Origin: Zymomonas mobilis subsp. mobilis ATCC 10988 | GTDB lineage: Bacteria; Pseudomonadota; Alphaproteobacteria; Sphingomonadales; Sphingomonadaceae | DNA length: 32,000 nt | Reading direction: 5' to 3' | NCBI RefSeq assembly: GCF_000175255.2 | Contig: NC_017262.1 | Span: forward strand, 540,001 to 572,000 | The notes under the pieces: model-generated | What the model was told of the DNA's origin: nothing | Databases searched by the model: none | Seen by the model: the letters and a program-made list of their open reading frames with translations, nothing else | In this document: positions 1-9,679 of the stretch, one piece after another | Layout: each line of letters opens with the position of its first letter | Numbering within the stretch: position 1 is the first letter of the stretch | Made by a program: the position numbers and the translations under genes

Positions 1-891
1 GGCTTCTGCGACGAAAAGGCCACCAACAATGCCCAAAACGATTTCATGATGGGTCGCAACCGCAATCGTGCCAAGGCATCCCCCCAAAGCAAGGCTCCCC
101 GTATCACCCATAAAGATGGCCGCAGGCGGTGCATTAAACCACAGAAAAGCAAAACCCGCCCCGATAATCGCCCCTGTCAAAATCGTTAACTCTCCGGCAC
201 CGGGGACATGAGGAATACCGAGATAATGTGCAAAAACGGCATTACCAACGACATAACTGATAACGAAAAAGGCAAGACTGGCAATAATCACCGGCATCGT
301 TGCCAGACCATCAAGCCCATCGGTCAGATTGACAGAATTGGCAGTGCCAACAATCACAAAAGCTGCAAAGGGATAATAAAACCAACCAAGGTCAATCACA
401 GGGCCATTATAAAAAGGCAAATAGAGTTGGGTATTGCCGTCTTTCAAAATCAGATAACAGGCAAAAAAGGCAATCCCAAATTCCCATAACAGCCGGACTT
501 TACCGGAAACACCCCGCGTTGAATTTTGGGTTACTTTGTCATAATCGTCGATAAATCCGATCACACCAAAGCCTAACATCACTGCGATACAAGCCCAAAC
601 ATAGGGATTGGTAAAATCCATCCATAGAAAAAGCGAGATAGAGACCGCGATCAAAATCATCAGCCCCCCCATCGTCGGGGTGCCAGCCTTTGCTAGATGC
701 GTTTTCGGGCCATCATCACGGATAGGTTGCCCTTTATGCTGGTGAATACGCATCCAGCCAATAAAACGCGGGCCAAAAATCAAACCGATTAACAAGGCGG
801 TGATAGCCGCCGCCCCTGTTCTGAAAGTAATATAACGGATCAGATTAAATAATCGGGAAAAGCCTTCCGCCGAGGCAATCAGATAGAACAT
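1..891 (-). CDS. mraY: phospho-N-acetylmuramoyl-pentapeptide transferase MraY, N-terminal 297 codons (3' end lies beyond the window start)
   Basis: Minus-strand frame is open from the window edge to the ATG at 891. It is absent from the ORF track because no stop falls in the window. My translation starts [28 protein letters not shown] and contains [25 protein letters not shown] and [11 protein letters not shown]. It lies downstream of murF in dcw order and overlaps the murF stop by 13 nt. Confidence 0.93.
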   Translation of the reverse strand, partial: MFYLIASAEGFSRLFNLIRYITFRTGAAAITALLIGLIFGPRFIGWMRIHQHKGQPIRDDGPKTHLAKAGTPTMGGLMILIAVSISLFLWMDFTNPYVWACIAVMLGFGVIGFIDDYDKVTQNSTRGVSGKVRLLWEFGIAFFACYLILKDGNTQLYLPFYNGPVIDLGWFYYPFAAFVIVGTANSVNLTDGLDGLATMPVIIASLAFFVISYVVGNAVFAHYLGIPHVPGAGELTILTGAIIGAGFAFLWFNAPPAAIFMGDTGSLALGGCLGTIAVATHHEIVLGIVGGLFVAEA

Positions 892-2270
892 GCACAGCCC
901 TTTTTCGAAAGAGACGAAACCACCGTGGATAATCCCAGACTATTCGACCCTTTAACCAACAAAATATCATCGGCTTTCAATATCTCATCCAAAAGCGCTT
1001 CTGCCTGATCGGCCTTTTCTATTCGATCACACGCGATTTTACCGGCAAGGCTTTCTTCCAAAGCAGCCATTTCCTGACCGACCAATAAAACGTGATCTAC
1101 TTTTGCATGGGATAAGGGGTCTGCCAATGCCCGATGATAAGCGGCAGAATTTTGACCTAATTCCAGCATATCGCCTAATAAAACGATACGTCTTTTGTCT
1201 TTTGGCTCATTTTCTAAAGCCTTGATCGTTGCCGCCATTGATGCTGGATTGGCGTTATAGCTTTCGTCAATAACAATAGCGCTTCCATCTCCAACAGGGA
1301 TATCAAAACGCTGTCCCCTACCTTGGAAACCGGTAATATCACCCAAGGCCAAACTAGCTAAGGTTAAATCACCGCCAACCGCATCCACCACCGCCAAAAC
1401 AGCCATCGCATTTGAAATCCAATACTCGGCAGCCATCGCCATAGAAAAGACAAGTTGGCGATCACGAATAGAGGCGGTTACAAGCACACGCCCATCTGCC
1501 TCACGAACGATATTCTGGGCGCGAATGGTTGCCCCTTCGCCAAAACCAAAACTACGAATTTCAGCCTTTTTCTCTTGGACTTTAGCTGTCAATAAATCGC
1601 GATAAGGGGAATCATGAGGGATAATAGCGATCCCGCCCGATAATAGACCTTCAAATATTTCGCTTTTCGCTTCGGCAATAGCGGTCTCATCTGCAAAAAA
1701 AGCAGCATGTGCCGGTGCAATCGCCGTTATCAAGGCAACATCAGGCTGAACAAGCTTGGTCAGATCAGATAATTCCCCCGCATGATTCATACCCATTTCA
1801 AAAATACCGAAAAGACTTTCTTCCGGCATACGGGCGAGGCTCAAAGGAACACCGACATGATTATTATAGCTTTTTAGCGAATAATGGACTTTCTCCGGTG
1901 CCATTCTTTCCAAGGCAAGACGCAAGGATTCTTTGGTGCTGGTTTTCCCGACTGATCCGGTGATGCCGATAATTTTACCATGGTTGCGTTTTCTGGATGC
2001 AACCGCCAAATCCTTCAAAGCCTGATAACTGTCATCAACAAGAATATGAGGATAAGGCACCGGCGACATAACCACCGCTCCAGCGGCGCCCCTTTTGAAG
2101 GCCGCATCGACATAGTTATGCCCATCGGATTCCGTGCCTTTTAAAGCAAAGAATAAATCGCCCTTTTGAATTTCGCGGGAGTCAAAGGCGACATTCCGAA
2201 CAGAAAAATCAGCCGAAGCCGTACCCTTTACAGCGCGTGCAATAGCTTCAGATTGCCATAAAGCCTTCAT
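879..2270 (-). CDS. murF: UDP-N-acetylmuramoyl-tripeptide--D-alanyl-D-alanine ligase
   Basis: 463 aa ORF with the Mur-ligase P-loop [15 protein letters not shown]. Position between murE and mraY. Its start shares an ATGA overlap with the murE stop. Confidence 0.95.
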   Translation of the reverse strand: MKALWQSEAIARAVKGTASADFSVRNVAFDSREIQKGDLFFALKGTESDGHNYVDAAFKRGAAGAVVMSPVPYPHILVDDSYQALKDLAVASRKRNHGKIIGITGSVGKTSTKESLRLALERMAPEKVHYSLKSYNNHVGVPLSLARMPEESLFGIFEMGMNHAGELSDLTKLVQPDVALITAIAPAHAAFFADETAIAEAKSEIFEGLLSGGIAIIPHDSPYRDLLTAKVQEKKAEIRSFGFGEGATIRAQNIVREADGRVLVTASIRDRQLVFSMAMAAEYWISNAMAVLAVVDAVGGDLTLASLALGDITGFQGRGQRFDIPVGDGSAIVIDESYNANPASMAATIKALENEPKDKRRIVLLGDMLELGQNSAAYHRALADPLSHAKVDHVLLVGQEMAALEESLAGKIACDRIEKADQAEALLDEILKADDILLVKGSNSLGLSTVVSSLSKKGCACSI

Positions 2271-3751
2271 AATACAGCCTCTTTGGCGACAGTCACATCA
2301 TCAAAAGGTAGAACCCGCATAGTCTCTCCACGGCCGATAATCTGGCCTTGCTCATGCCCTTTTCCCGCGATCAAAACAATGTCGCCCTTTTCGGCTCGCT
2401 TGATAGCAGAAAAAATAGCTTCTTTCCGTCCACCTATTTCTTCTGCCAGAGGCGATCCTACCAGAATTTCTTTTCGGATAGTCGCCGCATCCTCACCGCG
2501 AGGATTATCGTCGGTTACAATAACATGATCGGCAAGATTGGCGGCAATTTTACCCATTTCTGGCCTTTTGCCTTTATCACGGTCGCCGCCTGCACCAAAA
2601 ACGACCCAAAGCCGCCCTTCAGTATGAGGTCGCAAGGCTTCAATCGCAGCTCTCAAGCCATCAGGCGTATGGGCATAATCAACATAGACTTCCGCGCCAT
2701 TTTGGCTTTGGGTTGCTCTTTCCAGCCGGCCTCGAACAGGTTTTAGTAAAGTAAGAGCCGCCATCGTCTGCTTGATGTCACCTCCCGTGGCCAGAACTAA
2801 TCCGGCTGCGACCAAAGCATTGGATAGCTGATATCCACCGATCAAAGGCAGTCGAATTTTATAGCTTTCACCTTGAATCGACAGGGTAATCATCTGTCCC
2901 TGACTATCAGCTTCTCGATTAACGAGGCGGATAGCCTCGGCTTTTTCTCCAATATCTATTAATTTTAGACCACGTTTTTGGACATGGGCAATAACCGTTG
3001 TGGCTGCCGGATCATCAGCCCAAACGACAGCCGTGCCATCGGGTGCAATACGCTCATCAAATAGACGCAGTTTGGCGGCAAGATAGCGTTCCATTGTCCC
3101 GTGATAATCAAGATGATCGCGAGAAAAACTGGTAAATGCGCCCGCTATCACTTTCGCTCCATCACTTCGATATTGGTCAAGACCGTGGCTGGAGGCTTCA
3201 AAAATCACATGAGAAATATCCGCACGCGCTAAATCGGAACAACAAGAAAGAAAGGTCACGACATCCGGCGTTGTCATCCCCAGCGAATAGCTATTTTTCG
3301 CAGTAATAACGCCCAAAGTCCCGATTGATGCCGCTTTATGACCCGCTATCGTCCAAAGCTGACGGCATAATTCTGCAACCGATGTTTTGCCATTCGTGCC
3401 CGTTACCGCAGCCATAACAGGCGGGAAAGGAGCATAAAAACGGGCAGCCATTTCAGCAAAAGCCAATCGAGGATTTTCGGCTACCAAATGAACCGCACCC
3501 TCAATTTTGACTTCGGGGCGGGCAACAATGGCGACGGCACCGGCAGCTATTGCCTTTTCTATAAAATCTTCGCCATTCACTTTGGCTCCGGGAAAAGCCC
3601 CAAAAACAAAACCCTTCTCAACCTTACGGCTATCCACCGCAAAACCAAGAACAGGATAGTCTTTTTCTTTTGGGCTAAGTCCGTAACCGGAGGCCAAAAA
3701 TCCCAGTTTTTTTTCTGTGCCGCTCATTATTGTTTCGCCGGTGGTTTCCAT
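2267..3751 (-). CDS. murE: UDP-N-acetylmuramoyl-L-alanyl-D-glutamate--2,6-diaminopimelate ligase
   Basis: 494 aa ORF with the P-loop VTGTNGKTSV and the MurE-type DAP-specificity motif DDNPRGED. The start is ambiguous: ATG at 3751 (25-nt overlap with ftsI) or ATG at 3727 (TAATG overlap with the ftsI stop). Confidence 0.92.
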   Translation of the reverse strand: METTGETIMSGTEKKLGFLASGYGLSPKEKDYPVLGFAVDSRKVEKGFVFGAFPGAKVNGEDFIEKAIAAGAVAIVARPEVKIEGAVHLVAENPRLAFAEMAARFYAPFPPVMAAVTGTNGKTSVAELCRQLWTIAGHKAASIGTLGVITAKNSYSLGMTTPDVVTFLSCCSDLARADISHVIFEASSHGLDQYRSDGAKVIAGAFTSFSRDHLDYHGTMERYLAAKLRLFDERIAPDGTAVVWADDPAATTVIAHVQKRGLKLIDIGEKAEAIRLVNREADSQGQMITLSIQGESYKIRLPLIGGYQLSNALVAAGLVLATGGDIKQTMAALTLLKPVRGRLERATQSQNGAEVYVDYAHTPDGLRAAIEALRPHTEGRLWVVFGAGGDRDKGKRPEMGKIAANLADHVIVTDDNPRGEDAATIRKEILVGSPLAEEIGGRKEAIFSAIKRAEKGDIVLIAGKGHEQGQIIGRGETMRVLPFDDVTVAKEAVL

Positions 3752-5442
3752 AACAAAGCCCGTAAATCGGTAAGATCAAGATCGCGTTTCGGATCAGGAA
3801 TAACCCCCAGCAACGGGCCTATATGCTGAATAATATCCCCGACCATTGGCGCCGTTACCATACCGGCGGTGGCATAACCTCCGGTTTCAGCCGTCCCTTG
3901 CGGGTTATCCAACATGGCAACAATAGCGTAACGCGGTGTATCCATAGGGAAAACGGCTGCAAAAGTCGAAATACGCGCACCGTGATTATAGCGACCTTTC
4001 TCGGCTTTATCTGCCGTTCCGGTCTTGCCACCAACCCGAAAACCTTCAACATTGGCCTTCCGTCCGGTTCCATCTGTCACAATCAGGCGCAATAACCGCC
4101 GCATAGTCGCACTGGTCTGACCCGAAATAATCTGGCGGCTGCCATCGGGACGATAATCGGGATTACGCTTCAACAAGGTGGCTGGTCGCCAAATGCCACC
4201 ATTCACAATCGCGGCATAAGCACTGGTTAAATGTAAAGGCGTAACCGCAATACCATGACCATATCCAGTCGTCATAACCGTTGTTCTTGCCCAAAAAGCA
4301 GGCCAGATCGGACGACCTTTAGCTGCCAGTTCGATAGCCGGACGATGATCGAAATTAAGATTCCGGAACATCGCCTGCATTCTTTCTGGGCCCAATTCAT
4401 CAGCAATACGGGCAGTCACAATATTGGAAGAATGCACAAGCGTTTCTGGCACATCTAGCCATCTTTTCTGGGCATGCTCATCATGGATATGGAAACGACC
4501 CACCGCCAAAGGCTCGGTTGCATCATACCGTTTTGCCAAAGAGGTTACGACGCCATCTTGGATAGCAGTTGCCATGGTCAAAGGCTTAAAGGTCGATCCC
4601 AATTCATACACAGAAAGAGTCGCTTTATTGTCAAAAGCAGTCGGGTCAGAACTACTCCGGTCATTCGGATTAAAATTGGGCAAGGATGCCATCGCTAAAA
4701 CTTCGCCGGTATCGACATCCAAAACAATGGCACTGGCACCCACCGCACTATATTTTTGCATGGCTGCAGCCAATGATTTTTCAACGGCGGCCTGAACCCG
4801 AATATCAATAGAAAGCGCCAAAGGCTCGGATTGTCTTTTGGGGTCGGTCAATTCCTTGTCAAAACTGTATTCCATGCCGGACTGGCCATGCCCATCTTCA
4901 CCGATCCAGCCGATAACATGGGCGCATAAGTTACCTTCTGGATATAATCGCGAAGGCTCATGCAAGAAATCAATTGCTGGTTCACCCAGCATATTCAAAG
5001 CGCGCACTAATTCCGGCGAGGCATGGCGACGCAAAAAAACAAAGCTACGATTGGAATGTAAAATCTTCCGATATTCATCAGCCGTCCGTTCAGGCAGCAA
5101 AGCCGCCAGATTAGCAGCCAGAATATCGGGGTCGCTGATATGATTGGCCTGTAACGTGCGCGGATGTATCCCGATAGACCAAACATCAATCGTGCGCGCC
5201 AATGTCCGACCGTTACGATCAACGATATCGGCGCGCGCCTGCAACGGCGCAACGGGTGGATGGCGGCGCTCTTCCACCCCCCAACCGGTAATAAAGATAA
5301 GCCATATCAGCTTGGCAATAACCGCAGCGATGCCGCAGCAAAAAAGAATAAGCAAGACCATAAGCCGAATATGGCTTGTGGTCAGAATATCAGCGACAGA
5401 TGATAAGGCCTTCTTTTTTTGAGACTTAATGCGGGTGCTCAC
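3727..5442 (-). CDS. ftsI: class B penicillin-binding protein / peptidoglycan D,D-transpeptidase (PBP3)
   Basis: 571 aa with an N-terminal TM helix and the transpeptidase triad motifs STFK, SSN and KTGT. GTG start in a GTGA overlap with the upstream ftsL-like stop. Canonical dcw position. Confidence 0.93.
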   Translation of the reverse strand: MSTRIKSQKKKALSSVADILTTSHIRLMVLLILFCCGIAAVIAKLIWLIFITGWGVEERRHPPVAPLQARADIVDRNGRTLARTIDVWSIGIHPRTLQANHISDPDILAANLAALLPERTADEYRKILHSNRSFVFLRRHASPELVRALNMLGEPAIDFLHEPSRLYPEGNLCAHVIGWIGEDGHGQSGMEYSFDKELTDPKRQSEPLALSIDIRVQAAVEKSLAAAMQKYSAVGASAIVLDVDTGEVLAMASLPNFNPNDRSSSDPTAFDNKATLSVYELGSTFKPLTMATAIQDGVVTSLAKRYDATEPLAVGRFHIHDEHAQKRWLDVPETLVHSSNIVTARIADELGPERMQAMFRNLNFDHRPAIELAAKGRPIWPAFWARTTVMTTGYGHGIAVTPLHLTSAYAAIVNGGIWRPATLLKRNPDYRPDGSRQIISGQTSATMRRLLRLIVTDGTGRKANVEGFRVGGKTGTADKAEKGRYNHGARISTFAAVFPMDTPRYAIVAMLDNPQGTAETGGYATAGMVTAPMVGDIIQHIGPLLGVIPDPKRDLDLTDLRALLWKPPAKQ

Positions 5443-6029
5443 CGGACAGCTTGTATCTTGCTATAATGGTTATTCGGAAGAGATAAGGCTGCCAGTTTGG
5501 TCATTCCCTTATTGTCATTCTTGATGGTATTCTGCGCTGGAGCGGGTGGCGCCAATGTAGTTTCTGATACAGCAGAGGAATGATTATATTGAACTTTTTT
5601 TACCGGTTCTGGCTTATAGGATGAAGGCATAGAAAATTGTTCATCTCCGCGTCCTGAAGGCACTACATAACTCGCCTGCCGGAAACCCGATTGACTGTCA
5701 TGGCTCGGCGACAGATCGGTATTGCTATTATCGACCTGACTATCCTGCGCTGCCAATTGGGTATCATCAGAGACAAATTGATTTATTTTCGGTGAAACCA
5801 GTGCAAAAGCCTCGGCATTCCAACGGTCAATTTGCCCTGAACGGGCAAGCGTATCCTTCTCGGTCTGGAGATGACGAATAGTCTGCTGTAAATTCAATAT
5901 TTCCCGCTCGGTATGTAACAGCGCCCGTCTTTCCAGAGAAACCCGCTGCGTAATCATATAACAGATCAGGGCTGCGATACAGCACAACCCGACCAAGCAA
6001 ATAGAGCGAAAATGCTTTGTGATTATCAT
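5439..6029 (-). CDS. ftsL: bitopic cell-division protein, FtsL-like, with a long Ser/Pro/Asn-rich C-terminal tail
   Basis: 196 aa with a single N-terminal TM (ICLVGLCCIAALICYMI) followed by a heptad-like segment (ILNLQQTIRHLQTEKDTL). It sits in the canonical ftsL slot between rsmH and ftsI, with 4-nt overlaps on both sides. The call rests on position and topology, not sequence identity. Confidence 0.6.
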   Translation of the reverse strand: MIITKHFRSICLVGLCCIAALICYMITQRVSLERRALLHTEREILNLQQTIRHLQTEKDTLARSGQIDRWNAEAFALVSPKINQFVSDDTQLAAQDSQVDNSNTDLSPSHDSQSGFRQASYVVPSGRGDEQFSMPSSYKPEPVKKVQYNHSSAVSETTLAPPAPAQNTIKNDNKGMTKLAALSLPNNHYSKIQAVR

Positions 6030-7024
6030 GCCGATTGTCTCCGAGAACGCGGGATATGGGTATCAGGTCGAGAAATATCTTCTGAAAACGGCGTTTCTGT
6101 CCGATAGACAGCCCGAAGAGTAGCCGAACGTGCCCTTGGATTACGGGCAAGCTCAGCCTCTCCAGCTCTCACAGGACGAGCGGGTTTTGAGAAAAAAACA
6201 GGATTTTGCTGCGGGATCACAGGCTGATGACGGGATACCTGCCCCGTCTGCCCGGCATGTTCCCTCATGAAATGCTTTACAATGCGGTCTTCAAGGCTGT
6301 GGAAAGTAACAACCGCCAAACATCCTTTGGATTTTAAAAAGCGCTCGGCTGTTTGTAATCCGTCTTTTAACTCGTCCAATTCGCGGTTCAGATGAATCCG
6401 AATGGCTTGGAAACAATGGGCAGCCGGATCTTTTTTATCAAAAGGACGATAGCCCAAAGATTGGCGAATAACCTTAGCCAACTGAAAAGTCGTCGTTAAA
6501 GGCCGTGCCGCGACAATAGCCCGTGCCACGCGACGGGACTGACGCTCTTCACCATACAAATAAAGGACATCGGCAATGTCTTTTTCCTGAGCATTATTCA
6601 GGAATTCTTCGGCAGACAGCCCTGTTTGTGCCATCCGCATATCTAACGGGCCATCAGCCTGAATCGAAAAACCACGTTCAGGGCGATCAATCTGCATGGA
6701 AGAAACGCCAATATCGAAGACCATTCCATCAACAGCCTTAATATCCAAAGCATCAAGATGGTGACCGATATTAGAGAAACAGTCATTCACTAACCGTAGC
6801 CGACCTTTATACTTCTCGACCAAGGAGGCCCCTTCGCGAATAGCATCCGGATCGCGATCAAAAGCGATTACTTGAGTATCAGCCTTTTCTAATATGGCGC
6901 GACTATATCCTCCTGCACCAAAAGTGCCATCAATATAGATACCACCTTCAACGGGCGATAAAGCCTCTATGACTTCATCAAGAAGGACAGGAATATGGGG
7001 GGCTGAAAAAGAGTCAGATGTCAT
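6026..7024 (-). CDS. rsmH: 16S rRNA (cytosine1402-N4)-methyltransferase RsmH/MraW
   Basis: Motifs HIPVLLDEV, DGTFGAGGYS, FDRDPDA and DIGVSSMQID. I prefer the ATG at 7024, which is preceded by GGAAGG 6 nt upstream. The ORF-track start at 7054 is a TTG adding 10 non-conserved residues. Confidence 0.92.
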   Translation of the reverse strand: MTSDSFSAPHIPVLLDEVIEALSPVEGGIYIDGTFGAGGYSRAILEKADTQVIAFDRDPDAIREGASLVEKYKGRLRLVNDCFSNIGHHLDALDIKAVDGMVFDIGVSSMQIDRPERGFSIQADGPLDMRMAQTGLSAEEFLNNAQEKDIADVLYLYGEERQSRRVARAIVAARPLTTTFQLAKVIRQSLGYRPFDKKDPAAHCFQAIRIHLNRELDELKDGLQTAERFLKSKGCLAVVTFHSLEDRIVKHFMREHAGQTGQVSRHQPVIPQQNPVFFSKPARPVRAGEAELARNPRARSATLRAVYRTETPFSEDISRPDTHIPRSRRQSA

Positions 7025-7724
7025 AAGGAACCTTCCATCCGACCCAACTTGCAAAAATTTATGAAAAGAAATGTCATCAATTGAGAAGAAATCAGTCGAG
7101 AAAAGAAAAAAGAGACAAGGCTAAAAAATTTATTCAATTTTTGGCCAATAAATTGGAATGTATTGAATGAGAAGAATAAGGCGGATTCATTATCCCTTTG
7201 TTTAAAAATAGAATGATAAATTTTACCGAGCAGAACTAACTTTTGGATCAGAATAGACCCAAATGATATATTGCCACATAACTTTTTATTATTATTATGA
7301 ATTATAAAGTTATATTTTAAATGGCTCGAATGAAGTTCAGGCGCAGGTAATTTTATTCTGTTGGAAACAGAATTTCTTTTGTTCTTTCTGTAATAGAAAG
7401 CCAAATACGACAACGCCTTACCCTATCTGATCGGTATCATTATTTAAATGAAAGGAATTATTAACTATTATTCTTGGGGTATCATAGCCGTATAAAACCG
7501 ACAAGTGGGATTGAAACCACTTTCTTAAAAAAAGAGATATTTTTTGAGCTTCATCAAATAAGTTATTGAAAATAAACATTTTTATATTTTTGGATTAAAA
7601 GCTATAATAATAGCCTCCAAAACAACCGGCTTCCATAACACAGACCGTCTAAATAGAGGATGAATTGTAAAAACAGCTCCTCTTTGGATTTAAAAAATCA
7701 TTTAAAGCACAAAGTATTTTAAAC

Positions 7725-7768
7725 TTAAATTATTTAATTTTATAAAAAATTATAATTAAATAATTTAA
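7725..7768. repeat. A/T-only inverted repeat: 15-bp perfect arms TTAAATTATTTAATT / AATTAAATAATTTAA with a 14-nt spacer
   Basis: Arms at 7725-7739 and 7754-7768 are exact reverse complements by direct reading. The repeat lies in the GC minimum of the spacer (7741-7800 is 12% GC by hand count). Confidence 0.85.
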
Positions 7769-8233
7769 TACATCAAATATGTTATTACAGTTATTGGTTT
7801 TGTCATGAAAAAATAGCCTTTCTCCAAGATGAACAAAAAAGACCAAAGAAATATTATTCTTCATATAAAATATAAAAAATATTGGGATGGGGACTGAAAA
7901 CAAAGATTTTTTGTTCTGATAAAAAGGACAAAAGCTTTCTGCACTTCGCGCCGTTTGATTATGGATAGAAAAATCACTTTCAAAAGATAAAGATTTATAG
8001 CGGCATTACATCATTAAGATGTTACGCGTCATCTCATGATAAAACAGTGTCATCATTCTCTAGAAAGAATGGCTTTCAACGCGTCTTTTAGCTAATATTT
8101 TTAAATAGAGCGTCTAAAAATTTGCGCCTAATACTATTTAACTAATTAGCTGAATATCTATTCAACCAAACAGAGGTTTTAAATCTCAAACTAAACTACG
8201 GGCTTTTTCGGTAATTTTATTTATGCCTCTAGT

Positions 8234-8596
8234 TCAAGGCATATTTTCAGATGGATTGCCCTCATCCTCACCGGCTGGAATATTTTGAGTATTCGAGGCT
8301 GCCAAGCTCGATAAATCAGGCAAAGGCAGCTTAACACTGCCTCCGGGTGAAACGCCCAATTCTGCCAGAGGATCACGGGGCGGATCTTTCTCCAATACAT
8401 CCAGATTAACGCGCCCGTTCATATCCATTTCTACTTCACTATTCGCCATCGCCGCAGTCTGATCTTCCTTTGGTGCTAAACTAAGCAAGAATGCTGCAAA
8501 AGAGACGAGCAAAACCACACCCGCAAGACCGGTCAGGCCAACTTTAATGCGTTGACCGCTTTGGTTATCTGGAAATTTGGGGCGTTTATTGGGCAT
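8234..8596 (-). CDS. hypothetical single-pass membrane protein with an acidic C-terminal domain
   Basis: The ORF runs 8234-8641 from a TTG start. I prefer the ATG at 8596 (MPNKRPKF...). It has a basic N-terminus, one TM (VGLTGLAGVVLLVSFAAFLLSLA), then a Pro/Asp/Glu-rich tail. It lies 24 nt downstream of the cysteine-synthase-family gene. I recognise no family. Confidence 0.45.
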   Translation of the reverse strand: MPNKRPKFPDNQSGQRIKVGLTGLAGVVLLVSFAAFLLSLAPKEDQTAAMANSEVEMDMNGRVNLDVLEKDPPRDPLAELGVSPGGSVKLPLPDLSSLAASNTQNIPAGEDEGNPSENMP

Positions 8597-8665
8597 AGAA
8601 AAAGATCGGATACTTCCTGAAAGACGAATACTATATCTCAAACATTATAACGGCAAGGAAAGCAA

Positions 8666-9679
8666 CTATTTAGCCAGCCATTCTGGAACAGGCAGATCAT
8701 GCGCAATCAGCCAATGGCGATTATATAAAGTCGAGAGATAGCGTAATCCAGAATCGGCCAAAATCGTAACAATCGTTTTTCCGGGGCCTAATTCTTTTGC
8801 GAGTTTAATGGCACCTGCGATATTGATCCCCGACGACAGCCCAACAGACAACCCCTCTTTTTGAAGCAACTGATAGATTTGCGCCAAACCTTCCTGATCG
8901 CTAATTAAAAACTGGTTATCAACCGGTGCGCCATCAAGATTGCCTGTAATCCGACTTTGACCAATCCCTTCGGCAATAGAATGCCCCTCTGCCCGCAATT
9001 CACCGCTAGTATAATAATTATATAAAGCGGCCCCATACGGGTCAGCCAACGCCACCACAATATCGGGATTATGCTCTTTCAGACCTAATCCGGTTCCGGC
9101 AAAGGTACCGCCCGTTCCGGCTGCACAGATAAACCCGTCAATATGCCCTTCTGTCTGCGCCCAGATTTCCTGCGAAGTTGTTTTAATATGCGCCATTCGG
9201 TTTGCCAGATTGTCAAACTGATTCGCCCAGATCGCGTTATCTGTCTCCTGCGCCAGCCGCCGCGACATATGAACATAATGGGCGCTATTGGAATAAGAGG
9301 TTTCCGGCACCAAGACCAATTCAGCCCCCAAGGCCTGAAGGGTCGCAATCTTTTCCGAACTTTGGGTTTCCGGCATGACAATAATGGTATGATAGCCTTT
9401 GGCTGCTCCGACCAAAGTTAACCCAATTCCGGTATTGCCGGTTGTGCCTTCAACAATTACGCCGCCGGGTTCAATAATCCCCTGCTCTTCTGCATCTTCA
9501 ATAATCGACAAAGCGGCTCTATCTTTGATAGATCCCCCAGGATTAGTAAATTCACATTTGGCATATATATTACACCCTGTCAGCTCGCTGGGGCCTTTCA
9601 GCCTAACAAGCGATGTGTTGCCAATCATGGAAAGAATATTTTCGGCCTTTTTAGGCACAGAAGAAGATGCAATGTTCAT
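8666..9679 (-). CDS. PLP-dependent cysteine synthase / cystathionine beta-synthase family enzyme (fold type II)
   Basis: 337 aa with the PLP-lysine motif NPGGSIKDR, a GTTGNTGIG loop and a GTGGTFAG phosphate-binding loop. I cannot decide the exact subfamily (CysK, CysM or CBS-like) by eye. Confidence 0.85.
   Translation of the reverse strand: MNIASSSVPKKAENILSMIGNTSLVRLKGPSELTGCNIYAKCEFTNPGGSIKDRAALSIIEDAEEQGIIEPGGVIVEGTTGNTGIGLTLVGAAKGYHTIIVMPETQSSEKIATLQALGAELVLVPETSYSNSAHYVHMSRRLAQETDNAIWANQFDNLANRMAHIKTTSQEIWAQTEGHIDGFICAAGTGGTFAGTGLGLKEHNPDIVVALADPYGAALYNYYTSGELRAEGHSIAEGIGQSRITGNLDGAPVDNQFLISDQEGLAQIYQLLQKEGLSVGLSSGINIAGAIKLAKELGPGKTIVTILADSGLRYLSTLYNRHWLIAHDLPVPEWLAK

Noticed and set aside
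7190-7198. DnaA-box-like TTATCCCTT, and dif-like AT-rich palindromic stretches around 7770-7885
   Set aside because: The single 7-of-9 match is not part of a cluster, and there is no XerC/D-type half-site pair. A dcw leader is not an expected location for oriC or dif.
7021-7413. 130-aa minus-strand ORF directly upstream of rsmH, in the position where mraZ would be expected
   Set aside because: The sequence is AT-driven low complexity (runs of N, K, F, I, S) with no SpoVT/AbrB DxxGR motifs. It overlaps the rsmH start and has no convincing RBS. I treat it as non-coding.
7474-7510. TGGGG / GTGGGA motifs about 30 bp apart (and TTGGGATGGGGA at 7882-7894), considered as MraZ-type TGGGN operator repeats
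   Set aside because: The spacing and number do not match the known closely spaced direct-repeat array. No mraZ gene is present, and such short motifs are expected by chance.
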